Assembly: GCA_964624635.1 (NCBI GenBank)
Contig: CAZUXM010000001.1
Coordinates: forward strand, 25,307-89,306
DNA from: an uncultured Candidatus Competibacteraceae bacterium
GTDB taxonomy: Bacteria; Bacteroidota; Bacteroidia; CAIKAF01
Direction: 5' to 3'
Length of the DNA stretch: 64,000 nucleotides
Below, piece by piece: positions 45,090 to 55,203 of the stretch; the first letter of the stretch is position 1, and every line of letters begins with the position of its first letter. The position numbers were made by a program, and so were the translations under genes. The notes under the pieces were generated by a model, which had not been told where the DNA came from, did no database searches, and was given only the letters and a program-made list of their open reading frames with translations.

Positions 45090-46391
45090 ATGGGAAGTCC
45101 AAAATATAACCTGATAGACGAATTAAGATGGCGTGGAATGTTGCAAGACATGATGCCTGGAACCGAAGACCTGCTAAAAAAAGAAGCAGTAAAAGGATAT
45201 GTAGGTTTTGATCCCACGGCTGATTCGTTGGGGGTTGGTAACCTGGTACAGGTAATGACTTTATTGCATTTTCAGCAAGCCGGGCATATTCCTTATGCTT
45301 TGGTGGGGGGTGCTACCGGTATGGTGGGGGATCCTTCGGGAAAATCGCAGGAAAGAAATTTATTGGATGAAGAAGCCCTACGTTATAATCTGGCTTGCCA
45401 GCAAAAACAATTAGAAAAATTTCTTGATTTTAATTGTGGAGAAAATTCAGCAGTCATCGTAAATAACTACGATTGGTTCAAAGATTTTTCATTTTTAGGT
45501 TTTATCCGTGATGTAGGAAAGCATATCACAGTAAACTATATGATGAGTAAAGATTCTGTAAAGAAAAGATTAAGCGGTGATGGAGGAGAAGGGATGTCGT
45601 TTACTGAATTTACCTATCAATTAATTCAAGGTTATGACTTTTATTACCTATGGAAAAATCATGGTATAAAATTACAAATGGGGGGTAGTGATCAATGGGG
45701 AAACATTGTTACAGGAACTGAGCTGATTAGAAGAAAAGATCAGGGAGAAGCATTTGCCTATACTACACCACTCATTAAAAAAGCAGATGGAACCAAATTC
45801 GGAAAAACAGAAAGTGGTAACTTGTGGTTAGATGCTAAACGAACTTCACCATATCAATTTTATCAATTCTGGCTCAATGCTTCGGATGAAGATGTAAAAA
45901 ATTACATTCGTATTTTTACTTTGATGAAAGAAGAAGAAATTCTTTCGTTAGAGCAACAACATTCAGCCGAACCTCATGTTCGTCATTTACAAAAAGCATT
46001 GGCAAAAGATATTACCATTCGAGTACATTCTGAAAAAGATTATACTACTTCATTGGCTGCTTCTGAAATTCTATTTGGGAAAGGAACTACTGAACAATTA
46101 CAACAATTAGATGAAGAGGCCTTATTAGATATTTTTAGCGGAGTGCCACAATTTAATATTTCTAAATCAGCTATCGAATCAGGAACAAATGCAATTGAAT
46201 TGCTAAGTACATTAGCGCCTGTTTTTCCGTCCAAAGGAGAATCTAGAAAAATGTTACAAGCTAATGGAGTAAGCATTAATAAATCTAAGATTAATGATAC
46301 TTATCAAACGTCATCAAATGATTTGTTAAAAGGTAAGTATATACTCGTGCAAAAGGGGAAAAAAGACTATTATTTGTTGATTGCAGAGTAA
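45090..46391 (+). CDS. tyrS: tyrosine--tRNA ligase
   Basis: Class I signatures ([17 protein letters not shown]-like region, KFGKTE KMSKS-like loop). [10 protein letters not shown]-terminal S4-like domain. 433 aa. Confidence 0.95.
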   Translation: MGSPKYNLIDELRWRGMLQDMMPGTEDLLKKEAVKGYVGFDPTADSLGVGNLVQVMTLLHFQQAGHIPYALVGGATGMVGDPSGKSQERNLLDEEALRYNLACQQKQLEKFLDFNCGENSAVIVNNYDWFKDFSFLGFIRDVGKHITVNYMMSKDSVKKRLSGDGGEGMSFTEFTYQLIQGYDFYYLWKNHGIKLQMGGSDQWGNIVTGTELIRRKDQGEAFAYTTPLIKKADGTKFGKTESGNLWLDAKRTSPYQFYQFWLNASDEDVKNYIRIFTLMKEEEILSLEQQHSAEPHVRHLQKALAKDITIRVHSEKDYTTSLAASEILFGKGTTEQLQQLDEEALLDIFSGVPQFNISKSAIESGTNAIELLSTLAPVFPSKGESRKMLQANGVSINKSKINDTYQTSSNDLLKGKYILVQKGKKDYYLLIAE

Positions 46392-46395
46392 GCTG

Positions 46396-47010
46396 CTACA
46401 ACCTGAACATATTTACATTTACATAATTTACCAAAGCAGTGTGTCCCTTTATTTCAAGCTTCGTGTGAATATTTCTTCGATGTGTTTGAATGGTAAATAG
46501 GCTGCAAAACATTTCATCAGCCATTTGTTGATTTGATTTGCCCAACGCAATTTGTTTTAATATCTCCTTTTCTCTATTGGTAAGAAGGTTAAAAGGGTCA
46601 TTAGAAGCATTTACCTCCGGCACAACAATCTTTTTTTGAGAATTACTCAATACATCTTCAATCGTAAATAAAAGTTCCTCTTTACCCAAATTTTTAGGCA
46701 AATAAGCATCAGCCCCAAAGTTTTCCAGTTTTTTTAATAACGCATCATCCGTATACATAGACACCACAATAAATTTGGGAGCCCCTTCTTTATTGTAAAA
46801 GTGTTGTAATACTTCTAATCCATTTTTACCTGGCATGTCAATATCCAGTAATACCAAATCCGGTTTTTTTTGATCAATACATTCAATCACCTCATCTCCA
46901 TTAAACACTTCTGCCAGAATATCAAACCTATCATCCGTTTCCAACAGGTTTTTTAAACTATTGGTAAAGATTTTATGATCATCGGCAATTACAATTTTTA
47001 CTTTTTTCAT
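46396..47010 (-). CDS. LuxR/NarL-family response regulator
   Basis: REC domain (IADDH, LLDIDMPG.NG, phospho-acceptor Asp context) plus C-terminal LT.RE.EIL..IA.G.SN..MA HTH. Confidence 0.9.
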   Translation of the reverse strand: MKKVKIVIADDHKIFTNSLKNLLETDDRFDILAEVFNGDEVIECIDQKKPDLVLLDIDMPGKNGLEVLQHFYNKEGAPKFIVVSMYTDDALLKKLENFGADAYLPKNLGKEELLFTIEDVLSNSQKKIVVPEVNASNDPFNLLTNREKEILKQIALGKSNQQMADEMFCSLFTIQTHRRNIHTKLEIKGHTALVNYVNVNMFRL

Positions 47011-48329
47011 ACAGGTATACTGATCATTACGGTGGTTCCTTTTCCTTGGGCACTGTCAATATTCATTCTGCCATTATATACTTCTACAGTACCTCTGATG
47101 TTGTTTAAACCATGTCCTACTCCTCCCTTATCATTCATTCCACTACCATCATCTTCCACTTGGAGGTGAATATTATTGTCACGATGTAATAACTGAACTA
47201 CAATGCTATTGGCAAATGAGTGTTTTATGCAGTTATTAATTAACTCAAGTGTCATACGATAAATCTGAACGTGCATTTGTTCATTAAACTTTAAATCTGC
47301 CAAACCATAAGTAATCAATTCGATGTTAAGGTATTTTGAATGATTGATAGAATGAATCAAAGAACGTAGTGAAGCTTCAATACCAATTTCACTAATCATA
47401 GTAGGAGTTAAATTCTGTGAGATGAGCCTTAATTCAATACAAGCTTTATCAATCAATTCAAGAGCATCAATCAAAGCTTTGTTTTCATCAAGCTTCGGAT
47501 TATCTACCGTTTGCATTTTAATTTTAGCAGTGGATAACAGTAATCCTAATCCATCATGCAGTTCTCTGGATAATCTTTTTCTTTCTTTTTCTTCCCCTTC
47601 AATCAATGCCTGATTCAATTCTTTTTGTTGTTGTAACAACTCCAATGATTTCTGATGCAACTCACTTTTTAACTGAATATTTTGTTCTTCAATTACATCA
47701 TTGAGCCTATCCATTTCAGTATTTAGTTTTTTTAGTTCCCTCTTTTCGTCCTGAAGCATTTTTTCGTTTTTATCCGCTACTTTTACAAGATACCAGGAAC
47801 ACAATATCACCTCAATTACGGTTACAGCAAACATGATATAATACTTTTGTTTTATCTGAGCTGCACTTATCGAAGTATCCAGAAATAATGAATAATTAGT
47901 AACTTCCAGGGTTATAATACAAGCTAACGACAATGCCAGATAACCAAATAACCTGAGTTTTCTTTGTGGTGGCACCAAAATAAAAGTACCTACCAGCATG
48001 GGGAAATAAAAATATTGAATACCAGAATTAGGTCCGTATATAGAGGCATTTAAAAATATCCAAATGTTGGCGATAAAAGCAAAACCGTCTATGGCAACCA
48101 GCTTAAGTTTAGGAAACTTATTGATATAAAGAAGCACAATAGGTACAAAGGCAATAACAATATGTAAAATAATCACCCATGTTTCGAGTCCCAACAATGT
48201 AATATCTATCACATCTACCACACAAGCTCCCAGCGCAACCATAAAAAACACATTGGAAAGCTTCTGTCTGCGTTGTTGCTCGTAAGACATATCGGGTGTA
48301 ACCCCGCGATTGATAGAGAATAAAGCCAT
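47007..48329 (-). CDS. membrane sensor histidine kinase (HisKA_3 type)
   Basis: About 6 N-terminal TMs and a coiled-coil. RELHDGLG H-box. N, G1 (DDGSG) and G2 (GHGL.N) boxes. 4-nt overlap with the response regulator gene. Confidence 0.85.
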   Translation of the reverse strand: MALFSINRGVTPDMSYEQQRRQKLSNVFFMVALGACVVDVIDITLLGLETWVIILHIVIAFVPIVLLYINKFPKLKLVAIDGFAFIANIWIFLNASIYGPNSGIQYFYFPMLVGTFILVPPQRKLRLFGYLALSLACIITLEVTNYSLFLDTSISAAQIKQKYYIMFAVTVIEVILCSWYLVKVADKNEKMLQDEKRELKKLNTEMDRLNDVIEEQNIQLKSELHQKSLELLQQQKELNQALIEGEEKERKRLSRELHDGLGLLLSTAKIKMQTVDNPKLDENKALIDALELIDKACIELRLISQNLTPTMISEIGIEASLRSLIHSINHSKYLNIELITYGLADLKFNEQMHVQIYRMTLELINNCIKHSFANSIVVQLLHRDNNIHLQVEDDGSGMNDKGGVGHGLNNIRGTVEVYNGRMNIDSAQGKGTTVMISIPV

Positions 48330-48356
48330 TATGCAAATATAACAATCACAGCTGTC

Positions 48357-51300
48357 CTATTGTTTAATAATTCTTTTTGATACAACATTATTACCAAGCA
48401 TCAATTGAACAATATAAATTCCTCGTGCATATGCACTCATATCAATGGAAAATTGTGATGCAGAAATTTGTTTTATAAATACCAAACTTCCACGCATGTC
48501 ATATATCTTTATATTGTCAATTGTTTCACTGGCATTGATATAAACAAAATCTTTTGTTGGATTTGGATATAAATGGAAAGTATTATAAATATCTTCTATG
48601 CCTAAACCAACAATTACTATACATGAAGATGTATCAACACATGAATTTGTTCCTTCAATAATAACTGCATACTCACCGTCAACAATAGGAGTAAATGACT
48701 GACTATTGGCTCCCGAAATATTATTCAAATTAGTACAATCATACCATTGGTAATTGGCTCCTGATAAATTAGCTTGTATTGTAAAGCCTGATAAGTTTGT
48801 TGTTATATCAGGTAAAGTATTAAGAATGATAGAAACAGAATCAATATTTGAACAACCGTTCATATCAGTTCCTGTAACTATATATGTTGATGCTGACATT
48901 GGAATAAAAGAAATACCATCAGTAATACCGCCTGACCATGAATATGATTGTGCACCTGAACCATTTAAAATAATTGATAATCCTTGACAAATGGATGTGT
49001 CTGAAGGTGCAATTACTGATGGCAAACTGTTTACCACCACTTCTACACTATCAATATTCACACAATTGTTGGCATCTATACCATTCACAGTATAATACTG
49101 TGATAAAGTTGGAGTAAAAGGTGTATTGTCCAGCACCAAATCAGACCAAGTATAAGTATCAGCTCCTACGCCTGATAAAGTTACAGAAGACCCTATACAA
49201 ACAGAGGTGTCGTTCCCGGCAAAAACCAATGGCAATGAATGAACTATAACCGTAAATGTATCTGCGTTACTACATCCAAATGCGTTGGCAACTTCAAGTA
49301 TATAATCTGTATCTATCGATGGGTTTACCTCAATTGAATTTAATGTTGAAGCAGTGCTCCATTGATAGCTATTCGCCAAAGACCCTGTTAGAGTTGCTGT
49401 ATCACCATAACATATCTCATCATCTCCGGTAATTTCTGCATTTATATAATGAACAGTTAAATCCATAGAAGATGAAGTATCTACAGAACAACTTTTATAA
49501 ACCAAACATCTGAATTGTGCAGCATTAATTGCAGTATCTGCTACAATTATTAATGTATCATTGGTTACATTATTAAATAAAATACCGTTCGATATGCTAC
49601 TCCATCCTGATCCATCATTCATTTGCCATTGAAAACTTGTTGCACTGGATGCGTTTACATATAAACTTCCAGTATCGGAATAACAAAGTTCTAAATCAGG
49701 ACTTATTGATTCTATAGTGGTTAATCTTAATCTTTGCAGCTCATTATTATACGAAATAGCATAAGATGCCCCTAAATAGAGATAGTCATCTATTACATCT
49801 AAATAATTTGTATAACTACTACCAGCTCCTGAAACTAAGTTATCTACAAGATAGGTATTACAAGAATCGCCTTTGCTTGTCCATAATTCTGTTCCATGAA
49901 TCCCATCATTTGCTTCAAAAAATAAACGCCCATTAATATCTTTAAGTTTATTCGGAAATGATGACATTGTGCCAGTATAAATATCTTTTACTAATGAAAT
50001 TTGTCCATTCTTATATTTATAAAGCTCCTCGCCTACTAAACTATTATTCCCTTTAAAAAAGAGTGTATTACCACTTACTGTAAATAGATATGGGCTCAAC
50101 CCCCCGGTACCAACTGTATAGTCTGCCACCAATTGTGTTCCAATATTAGTACCATCACTTCTCCATAACTCGCTTCCTGTTGTCGGTTCATTTCCAAAAA
50201 AGAAGAGTGTATCATTAAATTCCGTTAAGTAATAAATTCCACTAGCTGCTCCCGGATTTACATCTTTTACTAAAAAAGTTCCTGGATCGGTCCCATCTGA
50301 CCTCCACAGTTCGATACCTTGTGTTCCATTATCAGCTCTGAAATAAAGTATATCATTTGAACTAATTAAGTCAACAGGATTTGATCCATTTGATCCGGAA
50401 TAAATATCTTTTACAAGCATGGTTCCTGCAAGTGCTCCATCTGTTTTCCACAATTCAACTCCGTTGGTTCCATTACTGGCAGTAAAAAATAATATCCCAT
50501 TGTTTACGTAAAAATTATTTATACTTGATCCGGATGCTCCGGGTCTAATATCTGCAACCATTATTGTACCTGCAACAGTACCATCTGTTTTCCATAATTC
50601 TGTTCCATTTACCCCATTGTTGGCTGCAAAATATAATTCGTTGTTATATATTATTTTTTGTTGATCTACCATTGAATGGCCTACACCTGAATAAATATCT
50701 GTTAACATATAGGTTCCAGCAGGTGTACCATCAGTTCTCCACAATTCCATACCAGAGGTAACATTGGTAGCTTCGAAATAAATGATTCCATTTAATTCTG
50801 TTAATGATGGGTTGTTTATACTACTTTGAGTTCCTGGCCAAATGTCTGCTAACATTTCTGTACCGGAATAAGTACCATCAGTCTTCCAAATTTCTCTACC
50901 ATGCACTCCATCCCATGCGATAAACACTATATTTCCATTTAATTCAACTCCTGCGTTTGGATCAGAAGCCCAAGACAATGTTGTATCCACTTCATCCATC
51001 AGGTATGTACCTCCAGTGGTTCCATCGGTTGCCCAAAGTTCTTTATCAACTCCATTATTTGCTGAAAAAAAAGCCTGATTACCCAATACAACAAAATCAT
51101 TTGGATAAGAATCATTGGTTGGATGAATATCATATAAAAGATAAGTACCTGCCGGTGTACCATCACTTCTCCATACTTCGGTTTCGTAGTAGGGAGCTGA
51201 ATTATTTTCCGCTGAAAAAATAACAACTCCATTTACTTCGTAAAAGCTACTATTAAATGATGTTCCATTTGTTCCCAGTGAAATGTCTTTCACTAAAACT

Positions 51301-52379
51301 GTACTGGCTGCCGTTCCATTACTTTTCCACAATTCCATTCCTGTAGCTATTGTATTGGCATTTAAGAACAGACCCAAACTGGTTCCCTTTAACCAGTTAA
51401 TTGAACTATGTGCAGCTCCCGGATTAATATCAACAACCAACGTGGTTCCTAAGGCAGTTCCGTCTGATTTCCACAATTCGTTTCCTGTTCCGGGGGTAGT
51501 TGCTGTAAAAAACAGCGTATCATTGTAGATAGTAAAATAATATGGAAAACTACTGGCAGACCCAGGATTAATATCTACCAACAAATTGGTACCAGCTAAA
51601 GTACCGTCTGACTTCCATAATTCATCGCCTGAAATACCATCATTTGCTAAAAAGTATAATTCATTATGATAAGAAATCAATCCTCGTGGATCAGAACTGC
51701 CTGGACCAGGGACAATATCTCTTACTATATATGTGCCCACTAATGTACCATCTGTTCTCCAAAGCTCATAACCCTGTGCTGATGTTTGGCTCCTAAAATA
51801 TAAAATACCATTATTAATAGTCGGAAAATCAATACTGGTTCCGCATGAGCCGGAACACAAATCCGCCACCATTACAGTCCCTGCTAATGTTCCATCTGAT
51901 TTCCATAATTCCGGACCATCAACTCCATTTGTTGCTCTGAAATAAATTTCATTGTTATATTCTATTAACAAGTCAACAGATGCATGTGCTGTACCAGGAT
52001 TAATATCCATAACCATTACTGTTCCCTCTTCCGTACCATCTGTCTTCCATAATTCTACTCCGTGTTCCGGTGTTTGAGCTCTAAAATAAACTATTCCACC
52101 AGCAACAATAAAATCAAAGGGAGAGGAAGATCCTGAACCGGGAACAATATCTTTTACCAATTTTGTACCTGTTGGAGTTCCATTGCTTTTCCATAACTCA
52201 TATCCGGTATAAGGACTATTGTAATATAAGTAAAACGTGCTGTCATTTACCTTTACTGATTGTCCAGCATCATTAAAATCCATTGGCAATTGGTTAATAT
52301 CTCTTACCAATTCAATTTGTTGGCTAAAACAGTTGATTGATAAGAAAAGAAAAGTGGTGATAGAAGAGAAGTATTTCAT
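48357..52379 (-). CDS. giant ELWxxDGT-repeat T9SS type A cargo protein
   Basis: Signal peptide from the ATG at 52379 (MKYFSSITTFLFLSINCFSQ). About 17 repeats of ~50 aa with the core ELW(K/R)(S/T)DGT..GT..V.DI.PG. Four Ig-like modules. C-terminal LYPNPTKDFVYI... sorting domain. Confidence 0.85.
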   Translation of the reverse strand: MKYFSSITTFLFLSINCFSQQIELVRDINQLPMDFNDAGQSVKVNDSTFYLYYNSPYTGYELWKSNGTPTGTKLVKDIVPGSGSSSPFDFIVAGGIVYFRAQTPEHGVELWKTDGTEEGTVMVMDINPGTAHASVDLLIEYNNEIYFRATNGVDGPELWKSDGTLAGTVMVADLCSGSCGTSIDFPTINNGILYFRSQTSAQGYELWRTDGTLVGTYIVRDIVPGPGSSDPRGLISYHNELYFLANDGISGDELWKSDGTLAGTNLLVDINPGSASSFPYYFTIYNDTLFFTATTPGTGNELWKSDGTALGTTLVVDINPGAAHSSINWLKGTSLGLFLNANTIATGMELWKSNGTAASTVLVKDISLGTNGTSFNSSFYEVNGVVIFSAENNSAPYYETEVWRSDGTPAGTYLLYDIHPTNDSYPNDFVVLGNQAFFSANNGVDKELWATDGTTGGTYLMDEVDTTLSWASDPNAGVELNGNIVFIAWDGVHGREIWKTDGTYSGTEMLADIWPGTQSSINNPSLTELNGIIYFEATNVTSGMELWRTDGTPAGTYMLTDIYSGVGHSMVDQQKIIYNNELYFAANNGVNGTELWKTDGTVAGTIMVADIRPGASGSSINNFYVNNGILFFTASNGTNGVELWKTDGALAGTMLVKDIYSGSNGSNPVDLISSNDILYFRADNGTQGIELWRSDGTDPGTFLVKDVNPGAASGIYYLTEFNDTLFFFGNEPTTGSELWRSDGTNIGTQLVADYTVGTGGLSPYLFTVSGNTLFFKGNNSLVGEELYKYKNGQISLVKDIYTGTMSSFPNKLKDINGRLFFEANDGIHGTELWTSKGDSCNTYLVDNLVSGAGSSYTNYLDVIDDYLYLGASYAISYNNELQRLRLTTIESISPDLELCYSDTGSLYVNASSATSFQWQMNDGSGWSSISNGILFNNVTNDTLIIVADTAINAAQFRCLVYKSCSVDTSSSMDLTVHYINAEITGDDEICYGDTATLTGSLANSYQWSTASTLNSIEVNPSIDTDYILEVANAFGCSNADTFTVIVHSLPLVFAGNDTSVCIGSSVTLSGVGADTYTWSDLVLDNTPFTPTLSQYYTVNGIDANNCVNIDSVEVVVNSLPSVIAPSDTSICQGLSIILNGSGAQSYSWSGGITDGISFIPMSASTYIVTGTDMNGCSNIDSVSIILNTLPDITTNLSGFTIQANLSGANYQWYDCTNLNNISGANSQSFTPIVDGEYAVIIEGTNSCVDTSSCIVIVGLGIEDIYNTFHLYPNPTKDFVYINASETIDNIKIYDMRGSLVFIKQISASQFSIDMSAYARGIYIVQLMLGNNVVSKRIIKQ

Positions 52380-52425
52380 AAGGCTTGTGTTAGCACACAA
52401 AGCTATTGAATTATATAACACTCAA

Positions 52426-52447
52426 AAATACTCACTGGTGAGTATTT
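52426..52447. promoter_or_regulatory. 10-bp-arm inverted repeat aaatactcac-tg-gtgagtattt between the ELW-repeat gene and the 52492 operon
   Basis: Read directly. The related sequence tcaaaaaatactcagtgatgggtatt occurs at 54046-54071, upstream of the next transcription unit. Confidence 0.45.
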
Positions 52448-52491
52448 CAAACCCCCATAGTTTCAGGTTTATTTGTCATCAAACACTTCAC

Positions 52492-52878
52492 ATGAAAAAA
52501 GTATCTAAATTTTTATTGTTTCTGTTTTTATCCATTAGCGTAATCTCTTTCTATGGCTGCGATGAAAATGGTGATACCGACTGCCAACTCTTTGATGATT
52601 GTGATGGTGGCGGAGGCGGTGGTGGTGGTGGAAGCTGCTATGTAGATGTATATTTTGACAATTATGATTTTGAAGATTATACTGTAGAGTCATCCATTTC
52701 TGGTAATGAGTACTACGTACCATCATATGGATCATATGAGATATCTTTATCATCTAATAGCTGTGCTACCTATTATATTTATGATTATTCCAACAGCACT
52801 TATATGGGTTCGGCCTCTGTTTGCCCATGTAGTTATTCAAATGGAACTACCGTTACAGTAACTATCGATTATTTTTAA
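52492..52878 (+). CDS. small lipoprotein with poly-Gly tract (128 aa)
   Basis: MKKVSKFLLFLFLSISVISFYGC lipobox. CDGGGGGGGGGSC tract. The upstream part of the 213-aa ORF overlaps the ELW gene and is rejected. Confidence 0.55.
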   Translation: MKKVSKFLLFLFLSISVISFYGCDENGDTDCQLFDDCDGGGGGGGGGSCYVDVYFDNYDFEDYTVESSISGNEYYVPSYGSYEISLSSNSCATYYIYDYSNSTYMGSASVCPCSYSNGTTVTVTIDYF

Positions 52879-52890
52879 TACCTAAACCTT

Positions 52891-54021
52891 ATGAAAAAAA
52901 TTATTTGTTTGTTACTCGTTGTTCTCAGTGGAATCACAATATCTTTTGCTCAGGATAAAATTGTTAAAGGAAATGGAGAAATCATATCCGGACAAGTATT
53001 GGAGATAAAAACGGAGGTAATTACCTATAAAAAAGCGACCAACTTAACCGGCCCCACTTATGAGATTCTGAAAACAGATGTACATAAAATCATCTTCAAA
53101 AATGGTTCCGAAGAAATTATTACTGCTTTAAGTAAAGAAGGAAAAACAGGAATTGAATTTAAATTTTTAGGTGGTGATACCATACAGATTACCAAAGTAC
53201 CACAAGGGAGTCCTGCTGAAGAAATTGGTATTAAAGAAGGAGATAAAATTATACAAATTGACAATGTAAAAGTGGGCAAATTTTCATCCGAATCAAATGT
53301 GTACAATCTTTTAGACGGACCTCCGGGAACAGTAGTCAGTATTTCATTGATAAGAGGTAAACTAACCTCCCCATTAACTCTACCTGTTGAACGTAGAGTA
53401 AAAAACTGGGATGTACCTAAAAATGATCCTATTGTTGTGTATGAAGATAATAATGACAATAATAATAACGACAACAGTAACAATACACCACCTAACTACG
53501 ACACTAACAATAATAATAACACCACCAGTGATGATGGTAGTACTTATAATTATAATACCAATACTACCAGAAGTAATAATAATACAGATGTAGCCGGTTT
53601 TTATATTTCTATTATGCCGGGTATTGGAGGCGCCAATTTCAGAGAACCTTTCTTAGGAATATTTGAATTTGAAATAGGAGAATGTGTGCCAAGCCTTAAC
53701 ACCACTTTTGCATTGAAAACGGCTGTTTATCATATGCCCGAAGCAGATGATCTACTCATTTCATTAAAATATTCTACTACGGGTTATCTTGGGAAATATA
53801 CCAAACAAGGATTTTTTGTTGGAGGTGATGTAGGTATGGCTTTTTATCCTGCCGGCGATCAACCATTATGGGACTTTGCCGCAACAACAGGATATTCATT
53901 TAGATTTGGAAGAAGTATACGACTAGAAGGTGTAGGCAGTGTAAATTTTATGCCTACACTCACCTTTTCAAATTTTGGAATTGGGGGATTTGTTGGAATC
54001 AGGTTTGGAGGGATATTTTAA
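52891..54021 (+). CDS. PDZ-domain protein with Asn-rich linker and glycine/aromatic-rich C-terminal domain
   Basis: Signal peptide. PDZ motif region (GSPAEEIGIKEGDKIIQIDN). ~50-aa N/T/D low-complexity tract. C-terminus ends FVGIRFGGIF. Confidence 0.7.
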   Translation: MKKIICLLLVVLSGITISFAQDKIVKGNGEIISGQVLEIKTEVITYKKATNLTGPTYEILKTDVHKIIFKNGSEEIITALSKEGKTGIEFKFLGGDTIQITKVPQGSPAEEIGIKEGDKIIQIDNVKVGKFSSESNVYNLLDGPPGTVVSISLIRGKLTSPLTLPVERRVKNWDVPKNDPIVVYEDNNDNNNNDNSNNTPPNYDTNNNNNTTSDDGSTYNYNTNTTRSNNNTDVAGFYISIMPGIGGANFREPFLGIFEFEIGECVPSLNTTFALKTAVYHMPEADDLLISLKYSTTGYLGKYTKQGFFVGGDVGMAFYPAGDQPLWDFAATTGYSFRFGRSIRLEGVGSVNFMPTLTFSNFGIGGFVGIRFGGIF

Positions 54022-54129
54022 GGTGGAAAAACTGAAAGAATGTTTTCAAAAAATACTCAGTGATGGGTATTGTTACGTCAACTCAATATATATTTCTTGT
54101 ACAAAGGAAAATTTATCATCTATAACAAA

Positions 54130-54660
54130 ATGAAATCAACTCTCTTAAAATTAACAATTGTACTTGCAACAATTACGTGTATTCAGGCTCAATCAACAAA
54201 ACCAGGGGTAGCGTCTTCTGCTTTCATTAAGAAATACACAGGATATACAGTGAACTGGTCGTTGAACGCAGAAAACGGCTCAGACCATGGAAGTAATAAT
54301 TACGGTATTACATACATCTGGGAGAACATTTCGAATGATGGCTGCTATTTAACCATAAGCGGTAAAGAAAATAATGAAAAGTATCCGTCGAAATCGATAT
54401 ACAATGTTATTGATTTCCGATTACACTATAAGGATTGGCGATACCGTGTAGTGAACTCTGCATATGGCAGTAAAATATTTTTATATAGAAGACCAAGTAA
54501 CGCTGATGCTAATTATTGGGTAATGCATGATGTAATGATTAGAATTGGTTTAAATGATTCTCAAACATTTATTAAAGACCTTAAAGCGTTAGCCAATGAA
54601 TGTGGTGCTCAATTTTTGGAAACCACTGAAGATATAACAGGAAAGCCTATTACAAAATAA
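54130..54660 (+). CDS. hypothetical secreted protein (176 aa)
   Basis: The signal peptide MKSTLLKLTIVLATITCIQA begins at the internal ATG 54130. Confidence 0.55.
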   Translation: MKSTLLKLTIVLATITCIQAQSTKPGVASSAFIKKYTGYTVNWSLNAENGSDHGSNNYGITYIWENISNDGCYLTISGKENNEKYPSKSIYNVIDFRLHYKDWRYRVVNSAYGSKIFLYRRPSNADANYWVMHDVMIRIGLNDSQTFIKDLKALANECGAQFLETTEDITGKPITK

Positions 54661-54682
54661 CTTTTTATTGAATGTTATATTT

Positions 54683-55177
54683 ATGAAAAAAAAACTGCTC
54701 CTGCCTGTTCTTATTATATGCTATCTTTTCCTTACCGGATGTCCATTAAATTCAGACTATCCATTAAAGCCTCTAAAAGAAGCTATCAAACCCACTAAGT
54801 ATATAGGTACATGGGAGTCTGTATCTTCAAGTTATGAAGGCATAGAAAAGTTTTGGCTATCAAAAGACTCTGAATCAAATAAGATAATCATTGAAATTCT
54901 CACTTCTAATGAAGCATATACTGGGAAGAGAAAATATACCGGCTGGATAGTGACTGTTAAGGATCACGATTTTATCATTATTGAAGTTGATGACGATGGA
55001 AAAAAATCTTACGGCCATATCGGGGTTTACGTAAAAGGTAAAAAAATGTGGCTTCATGACCTCGCCCCTAATGTTGAAAATGACTTTACCAGCAGTGCAG
55101 ACCTCCTTCAGTATGTTACTGATCGTATAACTAATAATGATCTTTTTTACGACTCAAGAGATTTCGAAAAACGATAA
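54683..55177 (+). CDS. hypothetical lipoprotein (164 aa)
   Basis: MKKKLLLPVLIICYLFLTGC lipobox from the ATG at 54683. Confidence 0.55.
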   Translation: MKKKLLLPVLIICYLFLTGCPLNSDYPLKPLKEAIKPTKYIGTWESVSSSYEGIEKFWLSKDSESNKIIIEILTSNEAYTGKRKYTGWIVTVKDHDFIIIEVDDDGKKSYGHIGVYVKGKKMWLHDLAPNVENDFTSSADLLQYVTDRITNNDLFYDSRDFEKR

Positions 55178-55203
55178 TGTAATTGATTAGAAAATTGAAT
55201 ATA

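Noticed and set aside
52237-52491. N-terminal 85-codon extension of the 213-aa ORF 52237..52878.
   Set aside because: It overlaps the 5' end of the ELW-repeat gene on the opposite strand and has no signal peptide. The internal ATG at 52492 gives a canonical lipoprotein signal, so the extension is rejected.
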